Assembly: GCA_010909165.1 (NCBI GenBank)
Contig: VJWM01000126.1
Span: 1 to 64,000 of the forward strand
Length of the DNA stretch: 64,000 nt
Source: Anthoceros angustus
Taxonomy: Eukaryota; Plantae; Anthocerotophyta
Reading direction: 5' to 3'
Position 1 is the first letter of the stretch. Each line of letters starts with the position of its first letter. This document shows, in pieces, positions 23,811 to 36,570 of this stretch. Both the position numbers and the translations under genes were made by a program. Under the pieces are notes generated by a model. That model was not told the origin of the DNA. It saw nothing but the letters and a program-made list of their open reading frames with translations, and searched no databases.

Positions 23811-25497
23811 TCACACATATTCTATTGGAGTAGATGGAGTGTAATATGGTTCTGGTTGTCCCGTCTCTTCAGAATAGTACTTTTTGAGCTGCTGATTGTA
23901 TGGTCCAGATAAATGTATTATCATTTCGAATATTTCATCCAAGCGAGAATATTTCTGCAATTTAAACCGATGTCAGAATTCATACATAAAACTTATCTTT
24001 TTTAACTTTAGTACTCACCTCAAAGAGTGAAAACAACTCGTTTTGATTCTCCGATAACTACAAACAAAAAGTAAAAGTAATTAGTCATTTACCTCCATTT
24101 CAATTCGGAGAAGATCTTTCTTTGCATATACCTTTTCGACAAGCGTTAAACACGTCTTGTGAAGATTCCCCACATCGGAAATGTGATCGTATGTTCAAGA
24201 AACATAAACATTAGAATTTTTTTGGAATGCAAGGATATTACCTTTCAAACGATGTACCTTTTGAATGTTTTAGTTGTCTCTGGTTCTTCCATGAGAGACA
24301 ACAAGTCCGTCGCTTTCAACTCCTTATTTTCAATTGCTGCCCCTATCTCGCATTCAATGCATGTAATTACATACATAGAATTATATGTAATGAAAATAAT
24401 AGTGAAAAGAGAAGTTATCGCAGCTTACTTGCTTGGATTTGTCTGCATCGCTCGAATGTTGGGTTGGACCCATCTTCATTCAAGATGGGTCTGCTTGCTC
24501 TTTTAGACTATGCTCCCAAAGTGCAATACTTATCTTTAAAGTCTTGAAAAGTGGTGGATATTGAAAATTGCTCATCCACTTTCCAAACTCGGTGAACTCA
24601 AGTGACGGCCCGTAAGTTGGTCCATCCTCCTGAAGTCATCAATTTTCTCTTTTTGCACGATCAAAACCAAAATCATTACTTTCTTAAACCAAAATCATAT
24701 TAATGCACATTATATACCTAATACTTTTTGTATACCTGATTGGAGATGGCTGCGTTGTCAATGTTGTTGTCAATCTTTTCGACTTTGTCCTTTATGTTTT
24801 TTGCGGCAGACTTGTTTTCCAAAGATTCGTAATGTATGCCAAGTTATAAGAAGGTCAATGTGACGAAGCAAAGAAGGTATGAATGTAATTTTAGAGTACC
24901 TCCAGGATTGCCTGGATTGAACTTTGATATCCCTCCAACATTGTTTGCATTGAAAATCGTGTCCATTAAACCTTTCCACAAGTGTACGCTTCACCAATTG
25001 AGTGTTGTTCAAGGTTCTTTTGATATCCCGCAGATAAATTTAGGGTTAAGATTTTGGATTTGAGCATAATTAGATCAAGTTTATGAATTAAAGAAAAGTG
25101 CTTACCTTCTTTATCTTATTCAATCAAGGTGCATCTAAAGATGCTTAAGGTCTTGTTTGTCCATCACAGAGAACATTGTGTGCTCATGAGGCGCAACCCA
25201 CGGGTTTTGTTAGACTCGACCAACGAGAACATACAGGACTAAGCAATCATTTTCCCGAATACCTTTTTCTACGATCTTTCTTATCTCCAGCAGTGGTGGT
25301 TCAAACCGAAGGCCATATCCTCGGATCCCCATGGGTGGGAAGTAATTTGTCGGGCGCGCTGTGGTGGCGTCATGTAGTTCTTGTCATAGGGGTTGACACA
25401 AGTTAGTAAAAGAAAAAGCAAAGTAAAAACGATAAGACGAAACAATCAAGTACCTTCTTGGATTTGAAAATCGTTATTGCTTCCGTTTCGATTCCAT
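23811..25497 (-). CDS. Multi-exon gene 2 of element A (unknown protein, roughly 300-350 aa)
   Basis: ATG MESENGSNNDFQIQE|gtac; exons DKLLPTHGDPGY..EFEPP.LEIRKIVEK, DIKKNLRTTAQLELETYTLVERFNG, EFTEFGKWMSNFQYPPLFKTLKISIALWEHSLKE, EIGAAIENKELK, HTITFPMWGIF, a 39-nt exon (24019-24057) and an 81-nt last exon (23811-23891). GT-AG borders with consistent phases at the 3' exons. Confidence 0.75.
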
Positions 25498-27790
25498 CCC
25501 GATTCAAAAGCCATCGAACACTATTTATAGTGAGCTACAAATCAACAAAAACGCATCGAAGAGCAACAAGTTGAGTAAGGGCAAATTACTTACGCTCAAT
25601 ACGCCGTTCGGTGCTTCACGAAACCAATTGTCCGGACTACGCATCGAATAATGTCAAAAATGTTTGTCGATCAATCCGGTGAACTTGCGGCAGAGTGCAA
25701 CATGTTTCAAAGGCACAAAAATGCATGTTTTCACAAGATGGCAAAGATCGGCTAAAGACTCAAAGCGAGTCTTCTACAGCGAACCCCTTACCTTTGCGGC
25801 CAACCCAACTATGCAATAGTTTCACCGGTGCAACCCTCCACACGTTGTTGAAATGCGCCATGAATTATTGAACGGACGCTTACTGTGTGTCTTGCGTGAC
25901 CTTTGGACAAATCGGAAAGCGAAGGTTAGAAAGTGCATGACAAATTTTACAAACACATGCATCCGCGTGGTTGAATGCCGCCTTAAAGGCGCGTGTTGCG
26001 GCTTGCCGCCACTCAACGCCGCGTGTTGCGGCATGCGGCCACAACCACGGTCGATGACTTACGCCGCTGCGGTTGCGGCATGCCGCTTATCAACGCCACG
26101 TGTTGCGGCAAGCGACTCAAGCGCGACTTGCGGCATGCCACCACCAGATGCAAAGGCATGCACCAGACAGACGCGACACATATGGTTAACAATCAAGACA
26201 ACAAAAAGCTTTCGCTTATCATACCTGATGGCGCTTGGTGGCGCTCAAAACACTGCTGGAGCGCTGGAGATGGCTGCGTTGTCAATGTTGTTGTCAATCT
26301 TTCGACTTTGTCCTTTATGTTTTTTGTTGACTTGTTTTCCACATGTATTGCCAAGTTATAAGAAGGTAAATGTGAAGAAGCAAAGAAGGTATGAATGTAA
26401 TTTCAGATTACCTCCAGTACTGCCTGGATTGAACTTTGATATCCCTCCAACATTGTTTGCATTGAAATCTGGTGTCCATTAAACCTTTCCACAAGTGTGT
26501 ACGTTTCCAGCTCCAATTGAGCTGTTGTTCGAAGGTTCTTTTTGATATCCTGCAGAGATAAATTTAGGGTTAAGATTTTGGATTTGAGCATAATTAGATC
26601 AAGTTTATGAATTAAAGAAAAGTGCTTACCTTCTTTATCTTATTCAATGAGCATCTTAAAGATGCTTAAGGTCTTGTTTGTCCATCACAGAACATTGTGT
26701 GCTTTTGCAACCCACGGGTTTTGTTAGACTCGACCAACGAGAACATACAGGACTAACATCATTTTCCGAATACCTTTTCTACGATCTTTCTTATCTCCAG
26801 CGGTGGTGGTTCAAACTCTGCGTTAGCGTCATATCCGGATCCCCATGGGTGGGAAGTAATTTGTCGTGGCTCACGGGTGGCGTCACATGGTTCTTGTCTG
26901 CGGGGTTGACACAAGTTAGTAAAAGAAAAGCAAAGTAAAAAAGCGTATAAACAATCAAGTACCTTCTTGGATTTGAAAATCGTTATTGCTTCCGTTTTCA
27001 GATTCCATCCTGATTCAAAAAAGCCATCAGAACACTATTTATAGTGGGAGCTACCGTCAATTCTGTCTGAACAAAACGCATCGTGCGCCAGAGAGCAACA
27101 AGTTGAGCAAGGGCAAATTACTTACGTTCCAATACGTCGTTCCGGGTGCTTCACGCGAAACCAATTGTCCGGACTACCCTGCATCAGAATAATGTCAAAA
27201 AATGTTTGTCAGCATCAATCCAGTGAACTTGCGGAGAGCATGTTTCAAGCGCACACAAAAATGCATGTTTTCACAAGATGGCAAAGATAAAGACTCAAAG
27301 CGAGTCTTCTACAGCGAACCCCACCTTTGCTTCGTCAACCCAACTATGCAATAGTTTCCCAACCCTCGGACCGCGTTGTTGAAATGCGGCCTATTGGAGC
27401 AGGGCATGCCACGGTGTCGCCTTCTTGCGTGACCTTTGGCATCGAAATCGGAGGAAGCGAAGGTTAGAAAGTGCGTTTACAAACACATGCATCCGCGTGG
27501 TTGAATGCGCGACTTAAAGCGCGTGTTGCGGCATGCCACTCAGCGTTGCGTTGCGGCATGCCACTCAGCGCCACTCAACGTTGCGGCATGCCGCGCGACA
27601 GCGCAGCGTGTTGCGGCATGCCGCTATCAGCGCCACGTGTTGCGGCAAGCTGCGACTCCGCGCGCGACTTGCGGCATGCCACCACTAGGCGGCAAATGCG
27701 CATACTTTCACCAGGAAGACTCGACATATGGTTAACTGCGTGTAGCTTTCATCTTATCATAAGGCCGCTTGGTGGCGCTCAAAACACTGT
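24745..27790. repeat. Tandem duplication of about 1.5 kb private to copy A
   Basis: gatggctgcgttgtcaatg.. at about 24745 and about 26269. Duplicates the 5' half of gene 2 (second ATG at 27008). Confidence 0.85.
25990..27680. repeat. Two arrays (25990-26140, 27520-27680) of a palindromic motif TTGCGGCATGCC(GC) at about 29-30-bp spacing
   Basis: 5 + 6 copies; the core GCGGCATGCCGC is self-complementary. Confidence 0.8.
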
Positions 27791-28697
27791 ACGCACTCCG
27801 TCAAGAGATGGATCAAAACACGACATGCGAGCACGAAAGTACGCCAACATGTAGGGCGCAGCGTTCTAGAGTTTCAAGAAAAATGTGCAAGAGAACCGCG
27901 AACCAAGGTGATGTACGAAACTAAAGGCTGAAGCGATGGAGACTGCGTGATGATCAAAACAAAAGACGAGTGAGAAACGAGAGAACTGTCAACTTGGTGA
28001 CGCAATCTTCTCAAAACAAGGTTTGAAGCCTTCAGTCATGCTAGGACTCTGCTAAAGGACCTTGCTAGACTTGGGCGGAAGGCGAGCGGAGGAGGATCTC
28101 GATGAGGAAGCGCACACAAGAGAACCCTGAGACGCCAAGAAGACGACGCGGCGGCAAGGCAGCGAGAGCGGATGGTGGTGAGCGAGAGAAGAAGACGCGC
28201 GCGGCGGCGTGAGCAGGTGAGAGGACAAGCGAAGCGCCGCAGTGCGCGAAGGTCAACGTTGTTGAGCGGGGAGTGAGCGATGCAATGAGAAGAAGCGACC
28301 AGCGGGCCAAGGCGAGATGGTTGAGCGGACGCAGCCGACCGACGACGAAGAGGAAGACCGTGGCGGCGATCGAGCGATCGACGACGGCGACGATCTGACC
28401 GGCGGAATGGGGGCGCGAAGTGTGGGTGCATGCTATGTACTAGTGTTAGGGTTCTAGATGGTTCGCGGGTGCGTGGCATGCGTGATTGCGGCGTTTGGTT
28501 ACGCCCGCCGCTTTGGGGTTTGTAGATTAGGTTTGGTTGCTAGGTATGGTGAAGGTTGGCTAGGTTTGGGACGAAACCTAGGTTTGGGTGGCGGCTAATC
28601 AATGTGAACCTAGATATGTTGGACTCGCTCGGATTTTAGGTTCGGAAAATTCAAATGTGGTTGGTAGAGAGAGAATGTAGGCGGCGAGCGAGAACGG

Positions 28698-28720
28698 TAG
28701 GGTTTGCGGGCCTATATAAG
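28698..28720 (+). promoter_or_regulatory. Telo-box + GGGCC + TATA cluster, candidate YR-gene promoter
   Basis: TAGGGTTT-GCGGGCC-TATATAAG. The equivalent is at 48575-48596 in copy B, with further AAACCCTA-like motifs nearby. Confidence 0.45.
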
Positions 28721-28779
28721 CGCTTGTTTTGAAGTTAGTCATTCTTGCATTTCTTGTTTTAGTTTAAGAGTGAGTTGTC

Positions 28780-31700
28780 TCCATGGGGAGCGTGTGTGCA
28801 TGTTTGCTTTTCGTTTTAGGTCCTTGCTCAAGGCCAAGTTTGTTTCCTCTTGTGGTCAAGGTTAGTTCTGCTTTATAGGTTTGTTCGTCTCACGTTCGGG
28901 CTTTTATGCGTTTGGATGGAAGGCCCTTGTGTTGTCTTTTTTCGAGGCCAAGGTTCATTTGTTTTAGGTTTAGACCTTCTCGTGTCAAGGCCAGGTCTTT
29001 TTCTTGTTTGTTTCGATGTCCATCGTTTGGAGCGTGTGTGTTGTTTTGCTTTTCGTTTTAGGTCCTTTTTCAAGGCCAAGTTTTGATTGTGGTCAAGGCC
29101 TTAGGTTTGTTCGCCCACGCCTGTGGCTTTTATGCCGCTTTGGATGGAAGGCCCTTGTGTTGTCTTTTCGTAGGCCAAGGTTTTAAGGTTTAGACCTTCC
29201 GTCAAGGCCGAGGTCTTTTTCTCGCTTCGATGTCCATCGTTTGGTATTTTGTGTTCTAAGGCCAAGGTTTGTGATTAAAGTCATGGTGTTTTGTCAAACG
29301 TGTGGTAGTCGAGCGCCGACGTGGTGTTGTCGCCAAGGCGTTAGATCAAGGTTGTTTTAGTGTGTTGCGCATTCTTCATAGATTGATCTAGTTTCTTGTA
29401 CTACGGCTATTCGTTTGTCTTTTGGTAGATCATTCGCTTAGCGGCTTGACTTTGTTGTTGTGATTTTAGCTCTTACATTGTTGTTGTTTTCTCGTTGATT
29501 TGTTTGTTTTCGGTTTTGGCTAACTTTGTTGTTGTTTCCTCTTGTCTTCTTTACCTTTGGTGTGTGTCTGTTCTTGTTTTTCGCTTGTTTATTTGGCTCG
29601 TCACGATCATGTGGATGTCTTATCCTGTTGTCGTTGCTTTCTTGAAAGAGAATTTGCTGTTGTTTGCAACTGGCTTTGCTGTAAGCGTGTTTAAAAAGTC
29701 TATCAAACATTTCAAAAGCATTTCTCGTCCTTCATCTGAGTGCTTCTTAGCGATGCTTTGTGTATTGTGGTTGTCTACCGTGGTTCTTAATTTTTTTCGC
29801 TTGTGTTGAATGGTTTTGGTCCTTTGTTTTGCTCGTTTGTTTTCAGAATCGATGTTTGTCTTCCTAGTTTGGTCGATTGTCTATGTGTTTGTGCTTTAAT
29901 CTTATGTCATTGTTGTTTTGCTACGGATCCAGCTTACTTAAGACTTAGTTTGTTTTGTGTTGAATGGTTTTGGTCCTTTGTTTGCTTTCATTGTACCTAG
30001 AATCGGATGTTTGTCTTCCTAGTTTGGTAATCGATTGTCTATGTGTTTTGTTAATCTTATGTCATTGTTGTTTTCCTGCTTACGGATCCAGCTTTACTTA
30101 AGACTTAGTTTGTTTTGTTGCGACCTTTGTTTTATCTATGTAGTCTGCAGGATATTAGTTGGCTTGGTCAAATTATTGAAATGCGCAAGCTATGTACATG
30201 GATTGGGTTGGTAATCGGCATTCTATATCATGGTTTTGATTGTTGTAAGTGTTTTTGTCATATAAGATGTCGTTTTGTTTCTCGTGCCTTGTCGGATGCC
30301 TAATTTTTAAGGTCTACTCGTTTTGTTGTTGTGCGTAGCTTCTAGTTGTTTTTAGTTTAAGAGTGGAGTTTTTCCTTTGACCCATCTATTTGCCTAAGAC
30401 GTTAATTTGTTTCTCGATGTAGTCTATGTGGTATTGTATTCTTCCGAGAGCACATTGTGGTGAACGTGATAAATTTTTCCAACTTGTCTTGTCCGTTCAA
30501 GTGTAAGTTGTGTTGTACTTGTTTGACATTTGTGTTTTATGTGTTGTTGTTTTGTTGTTATCTTAAATATGTTAGGCATTGTTTCAAACTTCAATTTGTT
30601 TTCGTCGATTTGTTTTGACCGCTTTCAAGACTGCCCATTTGTTTTCTTAAGGTGTGTTTTATCGTGACTTAGCCGGAAGTGTATGTTTCATTGCATATTG
30701 TAATTTAGGCATTGTTTGTTTATCGTTTAAAGCAAGAAGTGTCTTGGTTATCATTTCAACATATTTCTTTTCGTGCCCATGTTGTGTGTTTTGAAAGCGT
30801 AACCCTAAGGTACTTTATGTTTTGTTTGTGACCTATGTGTTTGTGCTTTAATCTTATGTCATTGTTGTTGTTTTCCTTACGGATCCAGCTTTACTTAAGA
30901 CTTAGTTTGTTTTCTATGTTGTTAATCGACTGTTTTATCTATGTAGTCGCGAGGATATTAGGCTGGATTGGTCAAATTATCGCAAATCGGGTTTCATGTA
31001 CATGGATTGGGTTGGTGCAATCGGCATTCTATATCATGGTTTTGATTGTTGTAAGTGTTTTGTCGACCTATAAGCGATGTCGTTTTTGTCTCGGCCTCGT
31101 GTCAAGTCGGATGCCTAATTTTTAAGGTCTACTCGGTTTGTTGTTGTGCGGTTCAGTTCTAGTTGTTTTTAGTTTAAGAGTGGAGTTTTTCCTTTCGTGT
31201 TTCCATCTATTTGCCGTCTAAGCGGCGTTAATTTGTTTCTCGCATGTCTATGTGGTATCGTATTCTTCCGAGCACATTGTGGTGAACGTGACAAATTTTT
31301 CCAACTTGTCTTGTCCGTTTCAAGTGTAAGTTGTGTTGTACTTTGTTTGACATTTGTGTTTTATGTGTTGTTGTTTTGTTGTTATCGCTAAATATGTTAG
31401 GCATTGTTTCAAACATTCGACCTTTGTTTCTCGTTGATTTGTTTTGACCGCTTTCAAGGCATCCATTTGTTTTCTTAAGGTGTGTTTCGTGACTTATGGA
31501 AGTGTATGTTTCATTGCATATTGTAAACTTTAGGCGTGTATTGTTTGTTTATCGTTTAAAGCAAGAAGTGTGTTGGTTATCATTTGCTAACATATTTCTT
31601 TTCGTGTGTTTTGAAAGCGCCAACCCTAAGGTACTTTATATGATTGTCCTTGCGTGACCAGCTAATGTGTTTTTAGTGCAATATCTGCTTGTTTCAGTTT

Positions 31701-32650
31701 GATTAGTTGTTTCTGATATGATACTATTCTTGTTTCTTGTGCGTGTGAAGGTCAAGTTTTAAAGGCCTAGATCAATTCATTTGGTCTGTCTGAAGAGGTT
31801 ATTGTCTGTTTTGCTTTCTTTTTAGCTTGTTTTGTTCGGGTAGTGTACTTTTTTGTTCATTTGTTTCTCACTTGCCGAGTCTTTTATTACGTGAAGTATG
31901 TGGTGTTGTTAAGCGACCTTTGTTTTATCTATGTAGTCGCGAGGATATTACGCTGGAATTGGTCAAATTCTTCAAATCGTTCTTGTCATGTACATGGATT
32001 GGGTTGGTAATCGGCATTCTATATCATGGTTTTGATTGTAAGTGTTTTGTTTCTTGTTTCTTTTTGTCTCGGGCCTAAGTCGGATGCCTAATTTTTAAGG
32101 TCTACTCGTTTTGTTGTTTTGCGTTCAGTTCTAGTTGTTTTTTTTAGTTTAAGGAGTTTTTCCTTTGTGTTTCCATCTATTTCGTCTAAGCGGCGTTAAT
32201 TTGTTTCTCAGAGTCTTGTGTATTGTATTCTTCCGAGAGCACATTGTGGTGAAATGACAAATTTTTCCAACTTGTCTTGTCCGTTTCAAGTGTAAGTTGT
32301 TGTACTGTTGTTTTTGTGTTTTATGTGTTGTTGTTTTGTTGTTATCGCTAAATATGTTAGGCATTGTTTCAAACATTGACCTTTGTTTCTCGTTCATTGT
32401 TTTGACCGCTTTCAAGGTGTCCATTTGTTTTCTTAAGGTGTGTTTCGTGACTTATTTAGTGTGTTTCATTGCATATTGTAATTTAGGCATTGTTTGTTTG
32501 TTTATCGTTTAAAGCAAGTGTTGGTTATCATTTGCTAACATATTTCTTTTTCGCCCTTTGTTGAAAGCAACCCTAAGGTACTTTTATTTGTCCTTGCGTG
32601 ACCATGTGTTTTTAGTGCAATTTTTGTGTTTCGTTGATTAGTTGTTTCGA
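28780..32650. repeat. T/G-rich repeat region: AGGCCAAGG minisatellite then three copies of a unit of about 0.8-1 kb
   Basis: tgttttatctatgtagtc recurs at about 30128, 30932 and 31921; strong T+G skew; no credible ORFs. Confidence 0.8.
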
Positions 32651-33087
32651 TATGATACTATTCTTGTTTCTTGATGCGGTCTTGTAAGGTCAAGTTTTAA
32701 AGGCCTAGATCAATTCATTTGTCTCGGGAAGAGGTTATTGTCTGTTTGCTGTTTCTTTTTAGCTTCATTCTTGTTGGGTAGTGTACTTTTTAAGCCTTCA
32801 TTGTTTCTCACTTGGGAGGCCTTTCTTTTTCGAAGTATGTGGTTTGTTAAGAATGGAAGTATCTTCTTTCTAACATGAGGGATCAAGAATATTTAACAAT
32901 GCATGGGGTCAATGAGTGTTTTTGTCCCATTTCCCCATCTTTTTCTTGTTGTTTTGTTTTATAATCAATTGTTAGACCCTTCAGAAGTTCCATTTGGAAG
33001 TTCAAACACCATGTAAGTATTATTTTGTCTTGATCCTCAGTTTCCATTTGTTTCTCTTTGACCACTCTAATCTTTATGTTTTTGCAG

Positions 33088-36000
33088 ATGGCTCCTAAAA
33101 GAAAACCCACGGGCTCGGGCCGGAAGAAAACAAGGATCTGGTCAAGTTATGGCTGCCATATACTAGGCAGTGTCAAATCCATGTTCGATATCGCAACTCA
33201 TCCGCAGGATGATGGTAAAGTTGATGGTGTCTTGGTGCACGAAGGAACTTACTTAGTTCCCAAAAGACTTGCCCAAACCGCCAAGGCGATTTTCATCCAA
33301 GAAGGACGCTCGACGTGCGGTGAGTTTGTTCAAGAGGAGAAGGGTGGACACTCGACTGGCTTTGGTTGAAGGTCCTCTTGCGAGATTACTAACTATGTCG
33401 TTGTCCGAGAGAGGGGTCCGGTTGTGGGGAGAATGATTTCTTGATAACCGACGATCCCATGGTTGTGAGTCTTGCCAAAGCTGAGTCTAGAGATTTGCGT
33501 GCTGCCGTTGAGCAGAATGCTTTACAGTGGCTTTTCCATGCTGTGGTTCCCCGACCGAGTCATCCCGATCAAGAAGTGCTTGATATGTTTGAGAGGCTAA
33601 AGTGTGATGATCCCAAGATGACTTTGCCATGGGTATGGAGGAAATTGATGATGAAGCAATTTTGAGAGTGGATTTGACCCAATAGTCCCGGAGGGAGCTG
33701 AATGATGCTTGAGTGGTGGGGAGGATAGGTCCAAACGCGTAATAAGCGGTGTCAAGTCGTCTTAGGGCCTTTATGAAAGTGAGTGGGGTCGGGGATGGGA
33801 TATCTGCTGAGGATATCCTCACAAGGATCTAATCTTATTCGATATCCTTTTTCCATCAAGTTCGAATCAAGGACAATAGGAGATTTTCTCAAACGTAAGT
33901 AGTGATGTTTTGACTTGTTGATTTTGATAGTTGACTTTCTTCACATGACTGATTTTGTTCTCTTGTGCGTTGATGTCTTTCTTTCGTGGTTTTAACCGAA
34001 TTTTAACAAGGAAGTGCATCTTGAACCAAAGCCGGCTTGGTTCGATGTTCCGTGATCAACATGTTTCATGGAATTTTCCATGGGTCCTGTGCCGGGTTGC
34101 GTCCATGAAAATCGAAGGACAATAGGAGATTTTCTCCGAAGCGTAAGTAGTGATGTTTTTACTTGTTGATTTTGATAGTTGACTTTCTTCACATGATTTT
34201 GTTCTCTCTTGTGCGGTTGATGTCTTTCTTTCGTGGTTTTAACCGATTTTAACAAGGAAGTGCATCTTGAACCAAAGCCGGCTTGGTTACGTTCGTGATC
34301 AACATGTTTCATGGAATTTTCCATGGGTCCCGAGCGTTGGTTGCGTCCATGAAAATCGCAAGGACCTTGGGATTGTGTCATGTCGAAAGAGGTGAAGTTG
34401 ATTTCGATGATGAGCGGATTCTTTCACACGAGATCATCAATGCTCATTTGGGCGGGGCTCAAAAAGGTAATATTGTTGGTTTAGGGGTGCACTTTGATTG
34501 TTCATTTATGGTTTTAAACACGGAGGCCTTATGCCTCTATTGTTTGCGGTGTGCATATTTTGCATGACCAGTTTGGAGTTCGAGGTGGTGAAGAGTTACA
34601 TAACCGCTCATCGGGACTTCTCTCGCAGATTCAGCGGACCTTTTGTTCGATGTTTTGGTTGTTTTGTTCATTGTATCTTTGACATTGTTCATTGTATCTT
34701 TGTTTTGATGTCTTGTATTTTGGTTGTTTTGATGTCAGTATTAAGCTCGCTTTTATTTGCGGTATCAGAACGGCTTTCAAAAATTACAAAGTGGACATGA
34801 AGAATTACCAGTGAGCATTTCCGTCAAAAGGTCAAGATTTACGAGGTGATGTTATCGAAACTTTTAGAGTCATATTGAACACTCTCCCAAGTGGTCTCAA
34901 ACGACAAAAATTTGTCAATTCGTGGTTTTGTTCAATTCAACGATTGATAACCCAAGATCAAATGTAAGTTTGTTGTTATTTGGGCTTAAGTTTTGTGGTT
35001 TGTATTTACTAACTGCTTGTTTTTGGCTAGGCTTGGTATGCAAAACTCCGTGTTTCAAAAGGAATGTTGTCAAGGTTCATGAAGACCATGGTACCGGGCT
35101 TGTTGGCTATTACACCAATAAGAGCTGCCGTGTAACAATGATTACACGCTTGACGATGGCTCGGTGCCTTCGATGCCGGGAGAAGTGTGACCGCCATAAA
35201 GCGGATCTTTGGATTCTCAAGGTAATATGTTTTGAAAGCTTGTGACATTTGAGTCCTTTGTATGTTCCTTCCCGACGCTCGATATGGTTTGCGATATGAT
35301 GGCCCGTCAAGCAAACAAAAGCAGAAGAGTCCTTGTTCTGAACGGCGATCCTATCGGAGCTTTTGAACCAAGAACTCAATCGGATGCGGGATGATTTAAG
35401 GGTGTTCTTCCGTCAAGCTGTCCTCAATGTGACCACGAAATTGTATTTTCTAGTCACCAAGATCGCACTTGAAAAGTGCAACAGTTAACAATGTAAGTGT
35501 TTGAGATTTGTTGCAAGTTTTGTAGGACTTGTTTTGATTAATCGTGTCGACTTGTTTTTGTGTGTTAGGTGTCCGTGCCACTCGTTGTTCATCATGAAAG
35601 CGGACCTTTGAACAATGTCGACCGAATCGAGTTTTCCGCACCATGTGGTCCACTTTGTCACAAGTTCGAGTTGGTATTGTCGGGTTCCTTGGTTGCGCCC
35701 CGCCATGTTGGATCTGTTTTAATCATACCGGGTCTTTGTTGTTACGGGCGTGGGAGATGTGGTGTTTTGGTTGCAAACATACCGAAAGCAAAGGCCAAGG
35801 CATCCGGATGGATAATGAGCACAACAATGGGTGTTCTAGTGAAATTCCATATGTTGACAAGGTTGATTCTTTGTCTGCTTGTTTTGTTTTCTCTTCTTTT
35901 GGAGTTTCGATTATGTTTATCTTGGCGGTTGTGAATCCTGCGACTAGTGGAAGCATTTCATCATCCCTCATTTCAACATTGATACACGAGGGAAGTGGAT

Positions 36001-36570
36001 GCGTGGTCCCTCCGTTGGAGGGCATTGTGCATAGTGAGTGTGATCATCATCCGGTTAACCAGATGTAAATGTGTGGTAGCACCTCTGGATATTGTATTGC
36101 AATGTGCAAATGGAAATGGAAGTGGCTTTGAGCGCTTGCCGAGATTCGAGTACGGAATTGGAGTATGATAGATGAAACAGAATTGGAGTTTCAGCAAAAG
36201 GATTTGGAGGCTCTTATAGAGACAGAGGCGAAAGCGCTTGAATTACGAGTCTCTAAGCAAAGAGAGAAAGCCCTTGAGATTCGAGGCGGAGAAATGTGGA
36301 GAGGAGACAAGAGCACATTAAGCATCAAGAGAAATCAAGCGGCAGATGGAGCAAGAGGTTCAAGACGCAGTGGAAAAGAGAACAGAGCGTAAGAATGTGC
36401 CTCGAGATATTTGCACGCTATCTCGCGAAAATCCGTCGATTGGTAAGTTTTCTTATGCTCTTTATTAATCGGTACATTGAAAATCAATGGTTGTATTTTA
36501 TTAGGTTGTCACCTTGCGTGAAGCGGACAATTTCGCCCAAGTCCTCGCCTTCATCAATTGGTTGCCAAGA
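33088..36570 (+). CDS. Intron-rich Crypton/DUF3504-type tyrosine recombinase of copy A
   Basis: gcag|ATG MAPKRKP (NLS-like); RALVASMKIARTLGL; FGVRGGEELHN (R at 34581); SKN; YTNKSCRVTMITR (35111-35148); HKAD (35195) then intron then RYDR; C-terminal coiled coil. End approximate. Confidence 0.8.

Noticed and set aside
25990-27680. CRISPR-like array
   Set aside because: The repeats are about 12 bp and degenerate, the spacers are related to each other, there are no cas genes, and the context is eukaryotic.
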